A stretch of DNA of 22,094 nucleotides from Thermotogota bacterium. Lineage in GTDB: Bacteria; Thermotogota; Thermotogae; Petrotogales; Petrotogaceae. Every line of letters begins with the position of its first letter. The first letter of the stretch is position 1. The DNA lies in contig JBNJGY010000020.1 in NCBI GenBank assembly GCA_051748045.1, positions 1-22,094 of the forward strand, in the 5' to 3' direction. The notes below the pieces were generated by a model that was given only the letters and a program-made list of their open reading frames with translations, did not search any database and was not told the DNA's origin. A program made the translations under genes and the position numbers. Shown piece by piece: positions 16,222 through 22,094 of this stretch.

Positions 16222-17487
16222 ATGAAAAAAATTATGGTGTTAATTTTTACAGTAGTTATGACGTTTTCGTTTTCAGTTTCAATTGAAGATATTAAAGAAG
16301 ATTTAGATGTGTTGAAAGAAGTTATGAGCAATGAACATGCAGATTTTTTTGCAGATTATGAAAAAGAAAAATTTTATCAAGATGTTGAAGAGCTGAAAAA
16401 CAATTTAAAAAATATGGATATCTATGAAGTCATTTTCTCAATTCAAGAAATACTAGCAAAAGCAAATGATGGGCATACAGAAGTTTCAGGTCTCTTTAAT
16501 AATAATGATTTTTATCCTTATGAACTAGCCTATTATGATAGTATTTATACAAGGGCTTTACCAAAAAAATATGAGAAATATCTTGGGTGGAAAGTAAAAT
16601 CTATAAATTTTATTAAAATTGATAAAGTAATAGATATAATAGATAGAATTTCGAATGAAGACAACGTTTATGGATTAAAGAAGAATTTTGAAAACATTAT
16701 AAATAAAGCTCAAGCTTTGAAATACTTAGGGATAACTTCTAGTAATCAAGTATTGTTATCACTTGAAAAAAATGGAGAAAAAGCAAACATAATAGTTAAA
16801 CTAAGTGATAAAAACAAGATTTATTTGGGAAGAGCTGGGTGGGTTAATGACGGAAAAAGAGTAGATGAGCCATTCTGGCTAGGAGAATTTATAAGTTTAG
16901 AAGAAAAAAATGGTTTGTATATTCAATATAATGAATGTTATTCAAAAGAAGTATATGAAAAGATGAAAACTTTAAAAGGATTTGAATCTTTAGCTGAAAA
17001 AAATTTAGATAAGTATCCATCAGTTGAAAAAACATTTAGAGATTTTTTTAAAGATAAAGAAGATAAATATGATTTTGCTGTTATTGACCTTAGAAATAAT
17101 TCTGGTGGTAGTGTTCTTCCAACAATGTATATGATTATAGAATTAATGTCTCAACCCCAATTAATAGGTACGAACTTTTATGTTTTAACAGATAGAACGA
17201 CTTTTTCATCAGGAGTTTTATCCACTTATATGTTTGATAAATTCTTGAATGCAACAGTGGTTGGAGAACCACCTTCTGGAAAACCCAATCATCCAACAGA
17301 AGCAAAAAAAACAAGTTTGCCTAATACAAATATAACTGTTAGATATCCTATCAATAAAGGAGAGTTTGTTGATATGGAAGGTAATGTTTATGTAATGGAT
17401 CATCTTATAGAGCCAACTTTTGAGGAGTATATGGGCAAGGATGTAATGATGTATAAAATTCTTGAATTAGAAGGAATAATGAAATAA
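16222..17487 (+). CDS. Secreted S41-family serine peptidase
   Basis: Signal peptide; NDGHT, VIDLRNNSGGS, TTFSSG and VVGEPPSGKPN motifs typical of S41 peptidases; GGGGGTG SD. Confidence 0.85.
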   Translation: MKKIMVLIFTVVMTFSFSVSIEDIKEDLDVLKEVMSNEHADFFADYEKEKFYQDVEELKNNLKNMDIYEVIFSIQEILAKANDGHTEVSGLFNNNDFYPYELAYYDSIYTRALPKKYEKYLGWKVKSINFIKIDKVIDIIDRISNEDNVYGLKKNFENIINKAQALKYLGITSSNQVLLSLEKNGEKANIIVKLSDKNKIYLGRAGWVNDGKRVDEPFWLGEFISLEEKNGLYIQYNECYSKEVYEKMKTLKGFESLAEKNLDKYPSVEKTFRDFFKDKEDKYDFAVIDLRNNSGGSVLPTMYMIIELMSQPQLIGTNFYVLTDRTTFSSGVLSTYMFDKFLNATVVGEPPSGKPNHPTEAKKTSLPNTNITVRYPINKGEFVDMEGNVYVMDHLIEPTFEEYMGKDVMMYKILELEGIMK

Positions 17488-17513
17488 AAAAAGCTGGCTT
17501 TATAGCCAGCTTT
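17488..17513. terminator. Bidirectional intrinsic terminator
   Basis: AAAGCTGGCT-TTAT-AGCCAGCTTT between convergent stops. Confidence 0.85.
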
Positions 17514-17517
17514 AGTT

Positions 17518-18651
17518 TTATATAGTATTTAATATTTTTTCTGTATTGAATATTTTTGAAGTGATGAAAACAAAAATGCTTATTAGAATCAAATCGGAGA
17601 CGACCATAAGAGAGAAATTCATCATACTGAATTGACTCATAATAATTTCTTTTAAAACAAGAACATTATTTACTATAGGAATTAAATAATAATAAAATTC
17701 TGCAGAAGCATCCATGTTCATTGTGGCTATCCCTATAACGAGTGCGAGTATATAAATAGGCATTACATAGCCAGAACCTTGTTTTAAATTTTTTGCTAAA
17801 CTACCCAGCATAACTATTATAGAAGAAGCTAATCCTGCCATTAGTAACAAGGTAAATAATAAACCCAATACACTTGAAGGATCGAAAAATGAGGCGCTTC
17901 CCCCCATAATGTCTGCTCCTAAAACATTTGCGTTAAAACTAAAGGCTATAACTAAAGCTAAAAAAGTTACCAAAGAATTTATAAGACCAATGGTTATTAC
18001 ATACATAACCTTTCCGAAGGCTATAGAAGTTCTTGAAACTTGATTAACTAAAATACTGGCTAGAGAACCCCTTTCTTTTTCACCAGCGGTTGTGTCTAAA
18101 CCAATATTCAAAGATCCAGCGAATATATAAATTACCAACATATAAGGAATCATCATAGCTAAAAATTGAGAATCTTGAGCTTCTTCAGGAGCTAAGTCCA
18201 CTCTACTAGTATCATAAAAATTTAAGTCATTATAAGATAAGCCTTGTTTGTTCAAAAAGGATTCTCCTAAAATCATTTCATATTGATTTATAGCTGATTC
18301 AATTTGATTAGCTGCATAAGAAAGTTTTTGAGATGTTGAGTCATAATATATTTCTACTGTACCTTCATTGCCTTCGGGAAAAACAACTCTTAAACTATTT
18401 TCGTTATCTGATTTTTCATAAGATATGAAATTAGCCAACAATTCTTCAAATCTTTCGTCATGATTTTCTAATTGTATTGAGTAAACTGTTTCTCTTGTTT
18501 CGGTTTCTTGTTTTTCAGTAAACATACCCAATGTAACAAAAATAGCAGGTATTAAGATTAATGGTAATATAAATAAAGAAAAGATAGAAGCTTTATCTTT
18601 AATTACATTTTTCATTTCTTTTTTAAAAATAATAAATGCGTCTTTAAACAT
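17518..18651 (-). CDS. ABC-2 type exporter permease, NatB-like
   Basis: IFKKEMK...DK, N-terminal TM, extracytoplasmic loop, AGEKERGSLASIL...SR..I..GK motif and further TMs; ATG at 18651 overlaps the ATPase stop. Confidence 0.88.
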   Translation of the reverse strand: MFKDAFIIFKKEMKNVIKDKASIFSLFILPLILIPAIFVTLGMFTEKQETETRETVYSIQLENHDERFEELLANFISYEKSDNENSLRVVFPEGNEGTVEIYYDSTSQKLSYAANQIESAINQYEMILGESFLNKQGLSYNDLNFYDTSRVDLAPEEAQDSQFLAMMIPYMLVIYIFAGSLNIGLDTTAGEKERGSLASILVNQVSRTSIAFGKVMYVITIGLINSLVTFLALVIAFSFNANVLGADIMGGSASFFDPSSVLGLLFTLLLMAGLASSIIVMLGSLAKNLKQGSGYVMPIYILALVIGIATMNMDASAEFYYYLIPIVNNVLVLKEIIMSQFSMMNFSLMVVSDLILISIFVFITSKIFNTEKILNTI

Positions 18652-19393
18652 TCTCAACCACACCTTTTTTTGAAGCTATGTTAAAGAAAACATCCTCTAA
18701 CTTGTTAGTATTATATTTCTCCATAATTTCTTTCATATTACCTTGTTCTTCTAATTCACCCTCTAGAATTATCCCAATGTCATCACACAATTTTTCTGCT
18801 TCCGACATTATGTGTGTTGATAATACAACGGTTTTACCAGCTTTTTTAGAATCGTAAATAAAATCAACAACAACTTTAGCTGCCAAAATATCTAAACCGT
18901 TTGTTGGTTCATCAAAAATAATAATTTCAGGATCATGAATCAAACTGACTGCTAAAGAAGCTTTTTGTTTCATTCCAGTGGAAAGCTTTTCCACAGGTTT
19001 GTCTAAATAAGATGCCATGTCTAAATATTCAGTGAGTTCTTCTGTTCGTTTTTTTATGGATGCACTATCTATATGGTTTAACTCTCCAAAAAATTTCAAT
19101 AATTCTCTAGGAGATAAATTTCCAGATAATTTCATATCACTTGTTAAAAAACCTATTTTATCCCTTACTTTTCTTGGTTTTTTTTGAACATCTAAACCAT
19201 CTACTGTGATTTGACCTTTATCTGGTTTTAGTAAAGTAGCGATAGTTCTTAAAGTGGTTGTTTTTCCTGCTCCGTTTGGACCTAAAAGTCCAAATATTTT
19301 ACCTGGTTCAGCAGTGAAATTGATATCTTTTAATACTTCAACTTTTTTTCTTTTATTTTTAAAAGATTTGTAAAGACCTTGCACTTGAATCAT
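18644..19393 (-). CDS. ABC exporter ATP-binding protein, NatA-like
   Basis: Walker A GPNGAGKTT, signature LSTGMKQK, Walker B IIIFDEPTNGLD, STH switch; GGGAGG SD. Confidence 0.93.
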   Translation of the reverse strand: MIQVQGLYKSFKNKRKKVEVLKDINFTAEPGKIFGLLGPNGAGKTTTLRTIATLLKPDKGQITVDGLDVQKKPRKVRDKIGFLTSDMKLSGNLSPRELLKFFGELNHIDSASIKKRTEELTEYLDMASYLDKPVEKLSTGMKQKASLAVSLIHDPEIIIFDEPTNGLDILAAKVVVDFIYDSKKAGKTVVLSTHIMSEAEKLCDDIGIILEGELEEQGNMKEIMEKYNTNKLEDVFFNIASKKGVVENV

Positions 19394-19415
19394 TTAGTAC
19401 CCTCCCACCAACAAT

Positions 19416-19640
19416 TTATTTTATTTCATAAAAATTTTTATTTTCAGAAATATTAATCTGAATGTTGTCTAGTTCTTTTTGAGCTTCTTCTAAACTGTCA
19501 TACTTCCCCAATACATCTATAGTACTTTCAAAAAAACCATCATACTTTCTTTTTCCGTGTATGTATATTTTTTTACTTCCTGTGATTGAAAACTTAATAT
19601 ATTTAGCTAATATTTTTTTATCTTGGCTTCTGACCCACAT
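19416..19640 (-). CDS. Small hypothetical protein (74 aa), probably first gene of the NatAB-like operon
   Basis: Perfect AGGAGG SD; 22-bp gap to the ATPase gene; protein-like composition. Confidence 0.75.
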   Translation of the reverse strand: MWVRSQDKKILAKYIKFSITGSKKIYIHGKRKYDGFFESTIDVLGKYDSLEEAQKELDNIQINISENKNFYEIK

Positions 19641-19669
19641 AAACTTCCTCCTAGTTTAAGATATAATTT

Positions 19670-19713
19670 ATTATATAAAATTAAAGTTAATTTTATATGT
19701 GATAAAGGTCACT
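19670..19713 (-). promoter_or_regulatory. Promoter region with -10 box, 12-bp inverted repeat and CRP/FNR-like box
   Basis: Minus-strand TATAAT at 19675-19670; ATATAAAATTAA-AG-TTAATTTTATAT (19673-19698); TGTGA-TAAAGG-TCACT (19698-19713). Confidence 0.5.
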
Positions 19714-19716
19714 AAA

Positions 19717-20433
19717 TTATTGTTTAGCATCTATTATTTGTTTTTTATATTTTTCAAAATCAGGAAATTGATTTTCTTCTGCTATCAAAAGGTTGGTTTC
19801 TATATCATAGTCAATTCTTTTGAATTCTATGCCCATTTCTTTATTTTTTCTAATATCTAAAACTATAAAACTTGCCTTTGGTATTTCATCGAAAGGAAGC
19901 CCTACACTACCAACATTAATTATAGTTTTATCTTCTATATACTTTAAAAAGCTATTGTGTGAATGACCACAAACAATGATGTCTTCTTCTAGTTCTTTTA
20001 ATAATTCTTTTAGTTCTTCATCAGTTTTTCTTGAATCCATAATATCCAAATTTGACTTTGGAGAACCATGTACACATAAAATTTTTTTATCTAATACATC
20101 TATAGATTCTTTTTCTTTTAAATTTTTTAAAAATCTTTTGTTGTTATTGCTGAGTTTTTCATTAGCATAATTATAATATTCCAACTGTTCTCCATCAAGA
20201 TAATTATCATTTAAATTTTCCACATTTTCTAGCCATTCATCTGTGTTTCCTTTTAACCAGACAGTGGGCTTTATTTGTTTCATAAAATGAAAACATTCTT
20301 TCGGTTCTGGTCCTTTTATAACCAAATCGCCTAAAAATATAATTTCATCAATATCTTCGGTTTCAATTGCTGACATTACAGCACTAAATGCTTCAAAATT
20401 TGCATGTATATCAGACATAACAGCTATTCTCAT
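19717..20433 (-). CDS. Calcineurin-like metallophosphoesterase
   Basis: SDIHAN, LGDLV, KGNTD, VHGSP, CGHSH, INVGSVG; ATG at 20433 after GAGGTG SD (track start 20460). Confidence 0.92.
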   Translation of the reverse strand: MRIAVMSDIHANFEAFSAVMSAIETEDIDEIIFLGDLVIKGPEPKECFHFMKQIKPTVWLKGNTDEWLENVENLNDNYLDGEQLEYYNYANEKLSNNNKRFLKNLKEKESIDVLDKKILCVHGSPKSNLDIMDSRKTDEELKELLKELEEDIIVCGHSHNSFLKYIEDKTIINVGSVGLPFDEIPKASFIVLDIRKNKEMGIEFKRIDYDIETNLLIAEENQFPDFEKYKKQIIDAKQ

Positions 20434-20531
20434 AAAATCACCTCGTAAATATATTATCATAATTATGTTCTATTTTTTATAAAATGATTTTTATTGTATA
20501 ATTATATAAAAATTAGTTAGGAGGGTGAACT

Positions 20532-21929
20532 ATGAGTTTGAAAAATTTAAGTATAAAAAATATACAAAATTTGTTTGAAAAAAATGAACTAACTTCTGTT
20601 GAATTGACAGAATTTTATTTGGAAAGAATTGCAAAATTTAACGATAAGCTCAATGCAATAATAGAAATAAATCCTGATGTATTGGATATAGCTTTTAAAA
20701 TGGACCAAGAAAGAAAAAATGGGAAAGTGAGAAGCCAACTTCACGGTGTACCCTTTGTTATAAAAGGGAATATAGATACAGCTGATAAAATGAGAACTAG
20801 TGCAGGAGCATTGGCTTTAAAAAATAATTTCACAGAAAAAGATGCTTATATAGTTAAGTTATTGAGAAAAGCAGGGGCTGTATTAATAGGTAAAGCAAAT
20901 TTAAGTGAATTCGCAAATTTCATCTCTTTTGACTTACCGAACGGTTTTTCAGCTGTTGGTGGACAAACCAAGAATGCTTATGGTGACCATGATACAGGAG
21001 GTTCAAGCTCTGGTTCTGCTGTTTCAGTAGCAGCTGATTTTTGTGCTTTTGCTATAGGAACTGAAACATCTGGATCTATACTTTCTCCAGCGAGTTCTAG
21101 CTCATGTGTTGGGTTAAAACCTACAACTGGCAGTATAAGCAGAAGTGGGATAATACCTATTTCTCAAACACAAGATACAGCTGGCCCAATAACAAGAAAT
21201 GTAGAAGATTCTTATTTAGTATTTAAAGAGGTAGTAGGCTACGATAAAAAAGATATAAGGACTTTTATAGCTAAAGATTATAATTTAAAAAAAATAAAGG
21301 AAGAATCGTTTAAAAATAAAAAATTTGGATATAATAAGCAAGTTATAGATTTTTTGTCTGATTCCCAAAAAGAACTATGGGAAGAAACAATAAAAATGCT
21401 AGAAGAAAACGGTGCTGAAATAATACCTTTTGAATATGAAAATATTAATAAAATCTCAAATATAAATGTATTGTTCTACGAATTTAAACATGGTCTAAAT
21501 GACTATCTAAAAGATAAAAAAGTTGAAGTTAAAACTTTGACTGATGTTATAAAGTTTAATCAATTAAATAAAAAAGCTATACCTTATGGTCAATCTATAT
21601 TGTTGAAATCTGATTCAACATCTGGTTATTTAACAGAAAAAGAATATTTAGAGAGCTTGTTAAACGATAGAAAATACTCTAGAAAAGAAGGAATAGATAA
21701 GGTAATGAAAGAATTTAGTCTTGATGCTATTATTTCTCCAGCAAATTTTGGAGCTATGGTTCCAGCAAAAGCGGGGTATCCTTCTATAACTGTACCAACG
21801 GGTTATTCTGATTTAGGTCCTATGGGCTTTACTTTTACTCATAAAGCTGGCGAAGAAATGAAAATAATAGCCTTAGCTGAATTATTTGAAAAAATGCACG
21901 ATGTTAGAAAATTACCAGAAATGGAGTAA
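20532..21929 (+). CDS. Amidase-signature family enzyme (not GatA)
   Basis: LHGVPFVIKGNI, GKANLSE, GGSSSGS, GTETSGSILSPA, VGLKPT, QDTAGP; AGGAGG SD; TATAAT at 20497-20502. Confidence 0.93.
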   Translation: MSLKNLSIKNIQNLFEKNELTSVELTEFYLERIAKFNDKLNAIIEINPDVLDIAFKMDQERKNGKVRSQLHGVPFVIKGNIDTADKMRTSAGALALKNNFTEKDAYIVKLLRKAGAVLIGKANLSEFANFISFDLPNGFSAVGGQTKNAYGDHDTGGSSSGSAVSVAADFCAFAIGTETSGSILSPASSSSCVGLKPTTGSISRSGIIPISQTQDTAGPITRNVEDSYLVFKEVVGYDKKDIRTFIAKDYNLKKIKEESFKNKKFGYNKQVIDFLSDSQKELWEETIKMLEENGAEIIPFEYENINKISNINVLFYEFKHGLNDYLKDKKVEVKTLTDVIKFNQLNKKAIPYGQSILLKSDSTSGYLTEKEYLESLLNDRKYSRKEGIDKVMKEFSLDAIISPANFGAMVPAKAGYPSITVPTGYSDLGPMGFTFTHKAGEEMKIIALAELFEKMHDVRKLPEME

Positions 21930-21995
21930 AAATCAAATAGTGATTTCTGTTACTTTTCTTTTTTATATTTCGGAATTGTTTTTATAAATAAATTA

Positions 21996-22025
21996 AAAAA
22001 ATACTTGCGTAAGCAAGTATTTTTT
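21996..22025. terminator. Bidirectional intrinsic terminator
   Basis: AAAAAATACTTGC-GTAA-GCAAGTATTTTTT. Confidence 0.88.
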
Positions 22026-22094
22026 AATAGTTCCAGCCTCTATTCATATCAAAATAAAATTCTCGACCAGTACTTAATGCGATAACTACTCCAA
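22024..22094 (-). CDS. 3' end of an unidentified gene entering from the right edge
   Basis: Open minus frame ...GVVIALSTGREFYFDMNRGWNY* whose TAA abuts the terminator. Confidence 0.5.
   Translation of the reverse strand, partial: GVVIALSTGREFYFDMNRGWNY

Noticed and set aside
11423-20170. Track ORFs 11423..11713 (-), 17218..17403 (-) and 19976..20170 (+)
   Set aside because: Fully antisense to the kinase, S41 peptidase and metallophosphoesterase; low-complexity shadow translations.
20532-21929. Calling the amidase gatA
   Set aside because: It has GTETSGSILSPA rather than the GatA-type GSDTGGSIRQPA, and no gatC/gatB neighbours.
12707-22094. Genomic island or prophage integrated at tRNA-Asn
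   Set aside because: No integrase, phage or transposase gene, and I found no duplicated tRNA 3' end (att site) in the window; the tRNA keeps its own terminator.

Overview
AT-rich bacterial chromosomal window. Gene content and order (glmU-prs-rplY-pth, folC-ruvA) suggest a Thermotogota genome, perhaps Petrotogales; this is inference only. Left half (minus strand) is a housekeeping run: ThrE-family exporter pair, valS, folC, ruvA, glmU, prs, rplY(ctc), pth, a truncated McsA-like zinc/UVR protein and the 5' part of a membrane sensor. An orphan sensor histidine kinase starts only 28 bp away on the opposite strand. It is followed by a structured 200-bp intergenic stretch holding two covarying 26-nt REP-like palindromes, then tRNA-Asn(GTT) and a NYN/LabA-type RNase with a long C-terminal extension. 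The right half is more accessory: two tandem paralogous secreted proteins of unknown function, a divergent secreted S41 peptidase, a small ORF plus a NatAB-like ABC exporter, a metallophosphoesterase, an amidase and the 3' end of an unknown gene. No integrase, transposase or CRISPR array was seen. The best candidate for an undescribed system is the pair of secreted paralogues (possible pilin-like or envelope subunits) with the adjacent S41 peptidase; the structured REP-like region comes second. Several starts in the ORF track were corrected using Shine-Dalgarno (SD) positions. All domain calls are by-eye motif recognition; no searches were run.
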